A program made the translations under genes and the position numbers. The notes under the pieces are model-generated. The model searched no databases. It had not been told where the DNA came from and saw only the letters and a program-made list of their open reading frames with translations. Below, one piece after another: positions 50,634-63,506 of a DNA stretch of 64,000 nt. The first letter of the stretch is position 1; every line of letters begins with the position of its first letter. This DNA comes from Eledone cirrhosa (lineage: Eukaryota). The stretch is taken from contig OZ024741.1 of NCBI GenBank assembly GCA_964016885.1, positions 38,626,001-38,690,000 on the forward strand, written 5' to 3'.

Positions 50634-51204
50634 TCATACTAGGTGGCCCGTCCGGCTGGCGCCGGCTAGGTATACCTGCCCCCACCACTCCACTGCAAAG
50701 ATACCACACACTCTCTCTGTCTAACGGCCTATCTCTCTCTTTCTCCCCCCCTCTCTCTCTCTCTCTATGTGTGTATATATTGAAGGGAGATATGGAAACT
50801 AAAACAGTGTTGTCATGTAGAGAGTGAAGAGCGACAGAGAGAGTAAAGCAGTTAAATTATAGAGAGGGGGACGATCTTACATACATACATGCATACATAC
50901 ATACATGCATACATACATACATACATACATATAAAGTATAGATGTATCTGTTTGTGTATGTGTGTTTGTGTATGTGTGTATGTGCATGTGTGTGTCTGTG
51001 TTTTGTTTTGATGTTATCCGGCAATTGGCGAAATAAGGTGTGAAAGTATGTGTATTTGTGTGTGTGTGTGTGTGCGTTTGCGTGTGTGTATCTGTGTGTG
51101 TGCGTTTGTGTGTGTATATGTGTGTGAATGTGTGTGTGTGTGTTACTTATGCGAGCGACGACAGAAAAAGTGTGTGGGATACATACATTATTATATTTGT
51201 CTGT

Positions 51205-51308
51205 TTAATCCCGCCGAGGTTAACTTTGCCTTTCATCCTTACAGGGTCGATAAAATAAAGTACCAGTAATACACTGGTTTTGCTGGCCTTGTGCCAAAAG
51301 TAGAAACA
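51205..51308 (+). mobile_element. 5'-truncated SINE with ~18-bp TSD
   Basis: ATTATTATATTTGTCTGT at 51187 and 51309. Confidence 0.8.
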
Positions 51309-51673
51309 ATTATTATATTTGTCTGTATTTTCGTTCTGCAACCATTATATTATGATATTTGTATCCAAATGATTTCAGATGTATATATTACCTTCTTGCC
51401 TGTCCCTCTGTTTCTCCCCCCTCTCTTTTTCTCTCCTCTCTTCTCTCTCTTTTTAGATGTGTGTGTGTGTGTGTGTATAGTTTTCCTAATTTGTCTCTTT
51501 CACTCTCTGTCTCTCTAATAGGGTTACCTATTGATGTATGTATTGCCTGCTTGTGTGTTGACCGAATTTGAGGGAGGTTATGCTTTTGAAATAAACATAC
51601 ATACGACGCTCATCTCTATGTTGATATATTGTATAAATAATGGGATTGATGAGTTAATATCTGTATACAACAA

Positions 51674-51955
51674 CTACAACGGTATGCGACGGGTCCCACC
51701 CACAGCCCCGGCGGACAGAATGGAGAGGGCGTTTCCCCGGAGGACGGCAAGGGTGACGCGCTGGAAAAGCCACTCCAACTCGCGGGGCTCACACCTGCGG
51801 CTGGCCAGCTCAGCGCCTATGGTGGTGAATAAGGATGTAGCCCTGGGGCTGAGGACACCAGAAGTCTCCACTGCCAGGGGTACGACCGCAAACCTGTCGG
51901 AGAGCGACCGGTATCTGAGGAGTTTGGCCCCCTCAGCCCGACGTGCAGCAGAATC
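51674..51955 (-). pseudogene. CRE-clade retrotransposon 3' fragment
   Basis: RFAVVPLAVETSGV..IG..LA..EPRELEWLFQRVTLAVLRGNALSIL; GC-rich island. Confidence 0.75.
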
Positions 51956-52053
51956 TGGGTATATATTGAAGGTAGATACGGAAAGTAAAAGAGTGTTGTC
52001 ATATAGAGAGTGAAGAGAGACAGAGAATAAAGCAGTTAAATTATAGAGAGGGT

Positions 52054-52098
<45 letters not shown>

Positions 52099-52269
52099 GA
52101 CGCTCAGCTTTATAATATTAGAGGTAGATACGGAAAGTAAAAGAGTGTTGTCATATAGAGAGTGAAGAGAGACAGAGAATAAAGCAGTTAAATTATAGAG
52201 AGGGTGAAAGAGGAAGATATATATATATATATATATATATGTGTTTGTGTGTGTGTGTGTTTACATGTC

Positions 52270-52699
52270 AGTATAACTCAGATTACATTTATTGTATTCC
52301 GCCATGTAGAGCGAAATTTTCTTTTTTATTTGAATTTGACAAAGCCGGCCATTTATCGCTCGTATACAGGAAGCTGACTGGCCAGTCTGCTGATATGCAA
52401 ATCAGGCAGATCAGTCACTGTGTATTTTTGAAAATAGCATATATTTTCACTAGCTCTGACAGTTTGGCAGGTGAACAGTGAGCTGTACTGATGAAGGGTG
52501 ATACCCAGAAACATCAGTGTCTGCAGTTCTGTTTACATGCCAACACAAGAGCAATAATGAAGTGTTCATTCTAGTGACATGGCTATAAAATTGAAGGTTG
52601 TTTGCATAATTGCAAACGAATCGAATGTTATTATTAAAATTCGAAAAACTCAGATTACATTTATTGTATTCAGCCATGTAGAGCGAAATTTTCTTTTTT
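52270..52699 (+). mobile_element. ORF-less HHR-bearing family D: ~1.15 units of a ~371-nt monomer
   Basis: ACTCAGATTACATTTATTGTATTC..GCCATGTAGAGCGAAATTTTC at 52277 and 52648. Confidence 0.85.
52481..52528 (+). ncRNA. Type I hammerhead ribozyme, family D
   Basis: agctgta-CTGATGA-aGGGtgataCCCa-GAAA-CAtcagTG-TC-tgcagtt; stem I extends with gtgaacag/ctgtttac. Confidence 0.85.
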
Positions 52700-52709
52700 A
52701 CATATATAT

Positions 52710-52787
<78 letters not shown>

Positions 52788-52799
52788 TTTTTTTTGTAC

Positions 52800-52978
52800 A
52801 AAGAGGATGTGGTTTACCATGACGCACCACAGTACTCATTACTGAGGGTAGTAGAGTGGGTAATATAAAAAAAGTCAGGAGCCCAACGGCTGAGCTCCGA
52901 CCGTTTCGTTCGACAGCTAGATCAGATCTAGCTGTCGAAACGGCAGGAGCTCAGCCGTCGTGGTCCTGACTCTTTTCA
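52800..52978 (-). mobile_element. Family J diverged copy, half-hammerhead fold-back
   Basis: GACAGCTAGATC/GATCTAGCTGTC-GAAA-CGGC..GCCG-TC; arms ~52869-52976. Confidence 0.7.
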
Positions 52979-53789
52979 TATATATATATGTATATATATG
53001 ATGATGAGAATCACAATCTTTTCGAGACATTACTGACGAAACGTTAACCATGTATGTAACTATATATAATATCATAGCAATATTTAAGATCACACCTGGG
53101 GTTATATATGTCATCCAACCATGCCCTGTCTGCACTTTATTAAGATATGTTTCCAAAAATAATATCTCTCTAGCTTATTAATAATCATTACAACATGCAC
53201 AAATTTATTATTCTAACTTCATTCGTGCAACCCCTATCTCTCTCTCTCTCTCACTCTCTCTCTCTCTCTCTCTCGCTCTTTCTCGCTCTTTCTCTTTCTC
53301 TCCCTCTCTCGCTCTTTCTGTCTCTCACTCTCCCCCCCTCTCTATCTCACCCTTTCTCGCTCTTTCTCTTTCTCTCTCTCTCTTTCTCTTTCTCCCCCCC
53401 ACTCTCTCGTTATTTCTCTTTCTCTCTCTGTCTCGCTCTCTCAGAATGGCAAGGGACGCAACTCTATGCGTTAAGGCATGGCGTCCGGCGCTCTACCGAT
53501 ACTGCCAATCCACCACCGTCTCTAAATAATATCACGTTCCCTGCCGCCCACATCAGGGATTCAGCTGTTTCCCTTTTAAAATAAAGAAACATAGTTGTAC
53601 GTCAATGTCTGACTTCATATCGTTAAGATATATTTCACAAATGCAGACAAATGCCTCGAGTTACAAATCCTTCTATACATCCTGAATTCTCCTGCCACTT
53701 GTTATTGTCATATATCAACTTTCATAACATCCTTCTATAAAGAACTTTTTTTTCATCATCATCATAGATCTCAAGGATTCGTGAGTGCC

Positions 53790-54140
53790 TTCTGCAATTT
53801 CCCTAAACAGTATTGTCCTCCGCCATTCTGATCGCCTCCCAGGGACTCCTGTCTGTCTAGTCACAGATGTCGCTTATCCGGCACCTTCTTGACCACCCCT
53901 TTTCTCTCCTGCCTTGCACACGTCCGTGTATTACAAAGCTCACTAGTCCCAAATCTTTGGGGTGTCTCATTACATATCCTAAATACCTCAGTTTGCGATG
54001 TTGTGCTATATTTAGCAGGAATTTCTGTGCTGCGCCAGTTTTCTCCCCACTTGTTTCCGCCATTTTACCTCGAGCAATTATTGATAGAATTTCGACTAAA
54101 ATGTGTTGATCCATCGGTTTACTTCCTCATTGTATGTCCA
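53790..54140 (-). pseudogene. RTE-like LINE 3' fragment
   Basis: LLNIAQHRKLRYLGYVMRH...VIHGRVQGRREKGWSRR..ISDI. Confidence 0.65.
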
Positions 54141-54179
54141 ACTTTCACATCCAAATAACACCATTGTTATCACTATTGA

Positions 54180-54310
54180 TTTCACTTCTACAGCTGAGTG
54201 ACCTGGAGCAACGTGAAATATGAAGTGTCTTTCTCAAGAACACAACACAGCCCGGTCTCGAACTCACACTCCACGATTGTAAACCCGACGCTCTAACCAC
54301 TAAGCTTTCA
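54180..54310 (-). mobile_element. Second tRNA-derived SINE family
   Basis: Minus strand TAGTGGTTAGAGCG..GAGTTCGAGACC..TTGAGAAAGACACTT..CACGTTGCTCCAG. Confidence 0.7.
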
Positions 54311-54721
54311 CACATATTTATATATAAGTATATATATATATATATATATATATATAAGAGAGTATTGAAGTTTGCTTGAAGCATTGTGGAACAATAAGTA
54401 AATATCTTTAAGTCGTTTGGAAGCCTCGACAATGCAAATGGGTAAATCTCCGGGTAACAAGGTCCGGTGGTGGAGAGAGAGATGTAAGTGGGTGTACGTT
54501 GAGATGCGTGGTGTGTATAAGATGTGTGAGATGTGTAGAATGAAGGGAAGAGTATAGAGGATAAAATAAAAATAACAACACAAGAGAGAGTTACCTTGGG
54601 AGAGATTTAATAGTCCCTATATATTTCGGATTCACATCCATCAACTGGGTTTTTTTTCCGGGGTGGGGGAAAAGGTTGTCTGTCGGACAAGTCCGGAACG
54701 CGTCCTTCGCTGTTTGTTGTT

Positions 54722-55069
<348 letters not shown>

Positions 55070-55125
55070 CACACACATATAATATATATATATATGTATG
55101 TATATATATACATACACACACACAA

Positions 55126-55250
<125 letters not shown>

Positions 55251-55267
55251 CACACACATATAATATA

Positions 55268-55300
<33 letters not shown>

Positions 55301-55324
55301 ATATATACATACATACACACACAA

Positions 55325-55392
<68 letters not shown>

Positions 55393-55433
55393 TATATATT
55401 AATAAATGGAAACTATATTTATAAAACTATATT

Positions 55434-55499
55434 TATTTTATTATACATATTTCAAGGGCAACCAAGGCAAATTATGGTGCACTTTCATCAGATAAAATA
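55434..55499 (-). ncRNA. Type I hammerhead, family I (element 55397-55570)
   Basis: tattttat-CTGATGA-AAG..CTT-GAAA-TAtgTA-TA-ataaaata. Confidence 0.75.
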
Positions 55500-55572
55500 C
55501 AGATTTGTTTTATAAATAAATATTGACATACCCGGAAAAAAGACAGCCTTAACGGTTGGAGCTTCCTGGATA

Positions 55573-55635
<63 letters not shown>

Positions 55636-56402
55636 CATATATATAATTTATATATATATATATTACTTTGCATTCGGTATATAATTACATATTATAGCGA
55701 AATAGAAAAACAGCCACTCTGGTTTCATATATAGATACTGATTTTTAAAGACTTCCATACATTTGTTTCTAACGTTTCCTTCACGCAACTTACTTTTCGG
55801 CCATTTTCTTCTTGCATGATCAAACTGACACCATGATAAAGAATGACAACAGCGACAGCTGACGGCCGACACAATTGTTCTAGTTTATCCTCAGAGAGAA
55901 AAGCTTTGTATTAACACACCACCATGCTTAGTTAGTCTTATAGAGCTAGATGAGCGAGGAATAGATTAAATTGGAGATGTGAACAAGATACAGGAAAGAA
56001 GGTGATATTAAAAGAAAGATTATAATATTAGCGAGAGAAGCTGAGAGAGAAAGAGAGGTGAAAGTCAGAAAAATATACAGAGAGGGAGAAACAGAGAGAG
56101 AAAGAGGGAGAAAGAGGGAGTGAGGGTGAAAGCGAGAGAGAGGGGGGGGGCAATAACTAGAGAAAGAGATAGAGTGAGAAAGAAGGAGAGTAGGCGAGAA
56201 AGTGAGAGTAAGAGAAAGGGAGAGACAAAACCGGAGATTTGAACAGGAAAATAGAGGAAGAGAAGGCCAAAGAAAAAAAAATTAGATATAATAATAGGAA
56301 AGGAAAGAGAGAGAGAGAGGGTGTGAGAGAGAAAGTAAGGGAGTGAGAGAGAAAGGGAGGAAGGGATAGAGAGAAAGGGAGGGAGAGAGAGGAGTCAGAG
56401 AG

Positions 56403-56475
<73 letters not shown>

Positions 56476-56739
56476 ATGCTTGGTAGTTTGTACCATGGTT
56501 TCGTTAAAGGACTAATGTGGACGTGTAGTCGAGATATACGCACCTTCTCTACAATCTATTTTTGATTCAGCGAAAAATCTAGGATGTTAAAGATAATATT
56601 GCAGACCATCTTCGAATAACAAGCTCGTCTATACAAATGTTTGGTAGGCGTGACCAAGTTGGGTGGTAGGGGTTGTGTTGTGGTGACATAAATTCCGCTG
56701 TTATTGATACTGCTACGCCGTTAATGACAGCCAACTCGT

Positions 56740-57115
56740 CTGTTGCCACCAAGGTTAGGGGTAACAAACATATTCACACAGAACCTCCCAACCTATCTCC
56801 ACCAGCTTCTCACGAATCATCCTTGATGTATCCCTCCGAGCACTATCATGAAGGAATCGAACAGGACCATATTGTGGGCGCACCTGTGCGATTTTCACCG
56901 CTAATCTGTCAAGTTGGTAATAGATGTCAGAGGTTATATTGGTGTTAGGGAGCAGCCCGTAGTGGATGACACCTTTCCAATCCCACCAGACGCTCAATAG
57001 GTCCTTGCGAGGGTGGAATCCAGTCTTTGTTTGCCGTTGTGGGGCATTCTATCAACTCACGACCACTTGTGCTTGACTTTAATGTCGAGACACCATTCTT
57101 CATCACCAGTAACAT
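56740..57115 (-). pseudogene. Mariner transposase fragment
   Basis: VTGDEEW, SVWWDWKGVIHY.LL, FLHDSAR, LVEIGWEVL. Confidence 0.85.
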
Positions 57116-57127
57116 TTAAATGTAACC

Positions 57128-57345
57128 AAGTCGCTCTCCGACAGGTTTGCGGTCGTACCCTTGGCGGTGGAGACTTCTTGTGTCCTCGGCCCTAGGACTA
57201 CCTCCCTACTCACCACCATAGGCGCTGAGCTGGCCAGCCGCAGGTGTGAGCCTCGCGAGTTGGAATGGCTCTTCCAGCGCGTCTCCCTTGCCGTCCTCCG
57301 GGGAAACGCCTTCTCCATTCTGTCCGCCGGGGCTGTGGGGAGGCC
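57128..57345 (+). pseudogene. CRE-clade 3' fragment abutting the mariner
   Basis: AVETSCVLGPRT..EPRELEWLFQRVSLAVLRGNAFSIL; closely similar to 51674-51910. Confidence 0.75.
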
Positions 57346-57849
57346 ATCAATATGATTGACTGACTTGACATAAAGTAGAAACTAAGGGATGTTAAAGTGC
57401 TGATGCTCAATTTCACTTTCATCTCTTGAACCATCTTAGAGACAGATATCACCTTGGATTTGATTTCGAGCATTTGAAAACTTTGACACCACCACCATTA
57501 CTACCCGAACAACAAAATAAACCCAACACAACCAAAGCCAACAGGACTAGTATCATCATCGCCACTACCATCACCACCACCAGTTGGTTGTTCGATGATA
57601 CGAGAGCAGAGAAGACGCAGCTGCCGCATGCCATTCACGATAACAGTTAATCAGATTATAGGGCACCTATTTGTCCAGCTTGGATACCTTCCCTACTGTA
57701 TGCAAATGATTAAGGATGCTTGTTTTCGACGCCCCCAATTATTTCGGAGAGTTGGTATGTGTGTGTGTGACAGCTCACACCTATGCAGGTTTAGCTGGCC
57801 TCCTCCAAGGTATATCTCGTTGGAGGTTACTTGGGTGATTTAATGAAAG

Positions 57850-58005
57850 GGACCCCAGTCCTATCATCTCATTTCTACAGCTGAGTAAACTGGAGCAACG
57901 TGAAATAAAGTGTCTTGCTCAAGGAAACAACACATCACCCGGTCCGAGAATTGAACTCACAACCTTTCGATTGCAAGCCCAATGCTCTAACCACTAACCC
58001 ATGCC
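57850..58005 (-). mobile_element. Second SINE family copy
   Basis: Homologous to 54180-54310. Confidence 0.7.
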
Positions 58006-58399
58006 CCTCTCTGTGTGGAGAGTTGGCATGATGTCAGGTCAAACAATTGTTCATCATTGAAGTCAGATGAACGTCCTAGTCAAGGTGAATCCCTGGCTCT
58101 GTGTTTAGACATGGTGTGTAACGTATATGCCTTGTTAATGTGACGACTTGATGCTGCTGCTCATAGGCCAGATTTGAAGTCACAAAGTAAACAGCCACAA
58201 ACAAACGATTTGGATAACTATCCAAATCGTTTATTTGTGGCTGTTTACTTTATGCTGCTTACCAATTGGTGTGTAATAGAAAATAAGAAATACCAACGTC
58301 ACTTCTTACATATGTGTGCATGTGCAACCTTCAGCATTTATAGAAAACTCTACCAAAATACCTCCTTTTTGAAAAATGGTGAGAACTTTCTGTCCGACT

Positions 58400-58464
<65 letters not shown>

Positions 58465-59504
58465 TTTGAACAATGTCAGTATTCCGTGTGTCATATTTCT
58501 CGATTATCATTGATTCATAGGTTTCAAACGACTCCGCCCACTTCAACGACGCCAAACTTAAATTAATATGCATAATGCCAATGAGGGAGTGAGAGGGGAG
58601 AGAGAGGCAAAGTGAACGTTGTATTTGGATACACTATGTATATGTGTCACTGTAGAGACATGTGTGTGTGTGTGTTGTATGTGTGTGGAAATAAAAGGGG
58701 AAGGAAAGCAATAACTATTAACATGTGTGTGTGTGTATGCACGTACGCGTATGTTTATGTGTGTGTGCGTGCAGCGTTCCACAGAAAGTAAAAACTATCA
58801 ACATGTGTGAGTGTGTGCATGTGTGTAAGTGCACGAGTGCGTGTGTAAGTTTGCGTGCGTGTGCGCGTTTCCATGCGTGTATGTGTGTGCACGCGCGGCA
58901 TCCCACAATCGCCACGCAGTTTATCTGTCTGTGTGCCTGTCTGTCAGTCTAACATACACAGAGTTGTGAAGGGAGTAAATAGGGACCTTCTTTTACATTG
59001 ACAGACATCTTTTATATTAATTATCTATAACTATATCTACATATAATATAAAAGATTGGAAGTTCCATCATCCTTTTGTGAAACGTGGAACAACCACGTC
59101 TATGCAATGATACATGTTTTACAGTCAGGCAGAAGATAAACCATCTCCTAGAAGTCACTATTCTAGGTGGGAGCACCTAGAATTGTTCATATACTATGCA
59201 CAAATGGTACAACGAAGAATCTGGTATATCTGGAAGATATTTTTTACTGTTTTTTGTATCACACAGACACCACGGACTCGCCTAATACTGCAACCAGACA
59301 AACATCCAATACAGTCATTTTCTCTTTTACCTGTCTCCCCTTATCATCTGTTTACTCGGGCGAAGCTGGGTACGTCAGCTAGTATATATATATATATATA
59401 TATATATATAAGAAATATATATATAAGAAATCCCCCCCTTTTTTAAATGTCTTTCCAGCACTCCCCCACACACCCTCGGAACTCTCTTCCTAACCACTTT
59501 TCTC

Positions 59505-59531
59505 CTGATGAAGGGCTTATGCCGAAACGTC
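59505..59531 (+). ncRNA. PLE-type minimal hammerhead motif
   Basis: CTGATGA-agGGCttatGCC-GAAA-CG-TC; stem I weak. Confidence 0.6.
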
Positions 59532-59574
59532 GTCCCCACCCTCTCCCCCCACTCTCAAGCGTGAAACTAATAAT

Positions 59575-59669
59575 TGTTTCTACTTTAGGCACAAGGCCAG
59601 CAATTACCAGTTCATTACTGGTACTTTATTTTATAGACCGCGTAAGGATGAAAGGCAAAGTTAATCTCG
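59575..59669 (-). mobile_element. 5'-truncated SINE with 16-bp TSD
   Basis: GCGTGAAACTAATAAT at 59559 and 59670. Confidence 0.8.
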
Positions 59670-59735
59670 GCGTGAAACTAATAATAATATCATTTTACTG
59701 CCTCTTGGTTTCTCTGTTATTTGTTCTCTGTTTAC

Positions 59736-59782
<47 letters not shown>

Positions 59783-60917
59783 TAATTTTGCGAGGTTATT
59801 GATATGAAATCGTGTGTCGAAACAAATATTGTTATACTTGGGGAGGATCATATTTGTGTAATAATATTGCCAGAATTAATAACAGAACACACTCACTGTT
59901 TGGTTGATTTTCGCTTCTGTGTCTTTCATATCGGTTAATTTAATTTATTCGGTCCTCAATGTTACCATTGACTGACCAACAGTCAAAGATACAGATATAA
60001 TATAGACACAAACACATATATATAGTCTAACAAAGTCCTTTCGTTGCACATCTGCAACATCGTCAGTGGTGCTATTATGTTTCCTCCTGTTGTATTGTAT
60101 GCCTACGCCATCTTTATTTAGTCTGTTTTTTAATTAATTAATTTATTTTTTGTCTTCTCTGCGCATGCGTTTGCGTGTGTGTATAGTGTTTGATGTGTGT
60201 TCGTGTTTGGGTGACTGTGTATTGGTTATTATATTCTATCTTAGTTTACTAGTGTGTGTTTATATGTGTTTGTTGTTATTGTGCTTGTGTATGTATTTAT
60301 TTATTTATTTATTTATACCTCTCTTAGGTCAGTATTGCTTGTTTGGGTGTTGTTGTTATTCCATTCATTTTTTCTGTTTAGCCTTGGCCTTCTAAGTTCT
60401 ATTTCTCTGGCCCCTCTGATTTGCCTATCTGCTGGGTAATTCCTATGTTTAGATATTATTCTAATTGTTATGTTGTCTATGTTACTGGCATGTTACTGGC
60501 ATGTCTATGTTTAGATATTATTCTAATTTCTATGTTGTCTATGTTACTGGCATGTTCTATAGTACTGGCATGTTACTGGCATGTTCTATAGTACTAGCAT
60601 GTTCACTATACGAACATGCCAGACAACAACACGACGGCAACATAGACAACATAGAAATTAGAATAATATCTAAACATAGAAATGACCCAGCAGATAAGCA
60701 AATCAGAGAGGCCAGCGAAATAGAACTTAGAAGGCCAAGGCTAAACAGAAAAAATGAATGGAATAACAACAACACCAGTCAATGGTAACATTGAGGACCG
60801 AATAAATTAAATTAACTGATATAAAAGACACAGAAGCGAAAAACCAACCAAACAGTGAGTGTGTTCTGTTATTAATTCTGGCAATATTATTAAACAAATA
60901 TGACCCTCCCCAAGTAT

Positions 60918-60923
<6 letters not shown>
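59783..60923. mobile_element. PLE family B 3' fragment folded back at ~60600
   Basis: Minus arm 59783-60600, plus arm 60607-60923 with internal deletion; ATGTTACTGGC stutters at the junction. Confidence 0.85.
60029..60070 (-). ncRNA. Family B hammerhead, intact core
   Basis: acca-CTGACGA-tGTTGCAgatgTGCAAC-GAAA-GgaC-TT-tgtt. Confidence 0.7.
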
Positions 60924-60976
<53 letters not shown>

Positions 60977-61008
60977 AGAAAAACCACAGACCCTCCATCT
61001 CAACTCTA

Positions 61009-61044
61009 CTTTTGAAAAGCAGAAGAACTGCGAAACCGGTAAAG
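61009..61044 (+). ncRNA. Family F U3-A8 hammerhead (element 60974-61184)
   Basis: ctt-TTGAAAA-GCAG/CTGC-GAAA-CCGG-TA-aag. Confidence 0.75.
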
Positions 61045-61202
61045 GAACCAAATAAATATATATATATATATATTTAAATAAGACACCAGTTGCATTTTCG
61101 ATTTCCTCTTTTTTTCTTTATACTTTCACTCGTGTAGGACACCTCGGTTATTTTTCATTTTGTAAAAAAACCCTCACTTTCTAATATATATATATATATA
61201 TA

Positions 61203-61373
61203 AAACGAAGGAAGTGTGGTAAGGAACCAGATGGACCATAACGCACCAGAGTACTCAATACTTAGGGTAGTAGAGTGGGTAATAGGAAAATGTATAACCC
61301 CGACGGCAGAGCTCAAGCCGTTTCGACGGCTATTTCTGGTCCCGAAATAGCAGTCAAAACGGCTTGAGCTCTG
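61203..61373 (-). mobile_element. Family J copy with a distinct fold-back junction
   Basis: Homologous to 54765-54900; loop ..CTATTTCTGGTCCCGAAATAG.. Confidence 0.75.
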
Positions 61374-61674
61374 TATATGTGAATGTATGTATAATATATT
61401 AGGCAATATACCGTATGTTTAATTTAAAATATTTAGAAGACCATACGCTATCAGTTTTAAAGTAGTGACTATGTCACTTACTTCTTTTCAGCGAAGGAAG
61501 GGAGAGAAGCTGACAGTCTGTTTCACACTGATTGGCGATCATCAGAGCAACGTACTCCCTTCCCTTCGCCGAAAATTATCGAAGCTGGGTTCTTATAATC
61601 AGGAGGTGATTATACAGAGCGATTACTGGTCCTGCAAAAATTAGGCATTATGATTGGTGCTCTGAAATAGCGAT

Positions 61675-61678
<4 letters not shown>
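61373..61678 (-). mobile_element. Family E, about one monomer
   Basis: Reverse-complement homolog of 48280-48586. Confidence 0.8.
61509..61548 (-). ncRNA. Family E hammerhead
   Basis: gct-CTGATGA-tCGCcaatcaGTGt-GAAA-CAGaCTG-TC-agc. Confidence 0.75.
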
Positions 61679-61741
<63 letters not shown>

Positions 61742-62077
61742 CGGCGGTGTCACATATGTGATGTAGTAAGTTGAATATCTTCGTTCGACAGAAATTAACC
61801 AAGGAATTAGTAGACAAAAAACTCTAAAGAAAGGTTCATGAAGTCAAAAAATATCTAGAAAGGAGGGAATTTCATTAAAACCCATTAATGAATCTTTTGG
61901 ACAATGTGGACATTGAGTCTTTTATTTAAAACTATCTGGTGAAAATATTGGACAGGTTCGCTCTTATCAGACGTCTTGAGTGAACCATATTCTACTCATT
62001 TTCATATACCAAGAAGAATCAATATCTCTAGATTTGACGTTACACACACGCACACACACACATACACACACATACAC

Positions 62078-62129
<52 letters not shown>

Positions 62130-62465
62130 CCGGGTCCGGGAATCGAAATCACAACCTCACGATTGCGAATGCAATCACCCAACGCACCAGATGACACGTT
62201 TTGTCCTTCAGCAAGACACTTTATTCCACGTTGCTCCTACTACCGACAGATAGACAGATAGCATTAACAATTAGAAAGACCAATAGATACATTGTATTCC
62301 CGGTACCATTTGACGAGCTCCACCACTCGTAACGATTGGTTACGCCTTCATTACGTTTATTGCTTGGTGACGCGCGTTTCGCCACTGATCAGCTCAAGGT
62401 TCGATCTGTATCGATCTGACCCGACTCTGTAATCCGCGGTTTTTTTTCCATTAACATTACAAGGA

Positions 62466-62549
62466 GTCTGACGAGCCGCGGATTACAGAGTCGGGTCTGA
62501 TCAAATATAGATCGAACCTTGAGCTGATCAGTGGCGAAACGCGCGTCAC
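62466..62549 (+). ncRNA. Family H hammerhead with ~60-nt stem II, inside inverted repeat 62335-62582
   Basis: gt-CTGACGA-GCC[55]GGC-GAAA-CGCGCG-TC-ac; palindromic helix III. Confidence 0.75.
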
Positions 62550-62638
62550 CAACCAATAAACGTAATGAAAGAGTAACCAATCATCCTTGTTATCTTATTT
62601 CACTATATATATATATATATATAGTTTTAATATAGATG

Positions 62639-62689
62639 AGATTCTACAGGACTAGAACTGTTTCATTCTTTAGAAATCATCAGGAATCT
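62639..62689 (-). ncRNA. Family G hammerhead
   Basis: Reverse complement of 63358-63408. Confidence 0.8.
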
Positions 62690-63129
62690 GGCTTTCCAAA
62701 ATAAATGTTATGGTATTTATATCTTTTTAGGTGGTAGGAGAGGGCGGGGAGTGGGGTCGGTGGACGTCATTGGTTGAAAGAAAAGGGAATTCATTAAAAG
62801 CTAATACTTAAAGGCTATAATGTATATTTAGAGTGACAAAGGCAGAGAGAATTCTATAAACAAGTTCAGAATCAGGTGCCACTCCTTATTTTTAAGTTTC
62901 TCTTAAGCTAACAATGCCTATATTTCAGGTGTCTATAAGATGGTTGGGGGGTCGGTCATGGTTGATGGATTTAAAGAAAAGGGAAATTCTTTAAAAGCTA
63001 ATTCTTTTAAGCTCTACTGAGAGTGACAGAGGCCAAGAGAATTCTATAAACCAGTTCAAAATATTGGGTACCTATCATATTATTGTCATGTTTCTCTTAA
63101 GCTATATTCCAGGTGTCAACAGACACATT

Positions 63130-63184
<55 letters not shown>

Positions 63185-63357
63185 TGTTAGCTTAAGAGAA
63201 ACTTAAAAATAAGGAATGGCACCCCAATCTGAACTTGTTTATAGAATTCTTTCTGCCTTTGTCACTCTAAATATAAATTATAGCCTTAAAGAATTAAGTT
63301 TTAATGAAATCCGTTTCTTTCAACCAATGACCTCCACAACATTTATTTTGGAAAGCC

Positions 63358-63408
63358 AGATTCCTGATGATTTCTAAAGAATGAAACAGTTCTAGTCCTG
63401 TAGAATCT
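63358..63408 (+). ncRNA. Family G hammerhead
   Basis: agattc-CTGATGA-tTTCtaaaGAAt-GAAA-CAGttctagtcCTG-TA-gaatct; 6-bp stem I, 4-bp helix III, GUA site. Confidence 0.8.
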
Positions 63409-63506
63409 CATCTATATTAAAACTGTTATACTCTGCTATGTATTGAGTACCTTACTTACTGTGGTTACCTCCGATTCAACCCGGAATAACTTACCTATAT
63501 ATATAT

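Larger units (their letters stand above)
62624..63497. mobile_element. Family G: divergent inverted arms, each with an HHR
   Basis: 62624-62917 inverted against 63181-63424; internal diverged duplication 62940-63115; tail 63425-63497 into (TA)n. Confidence 0.8.
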
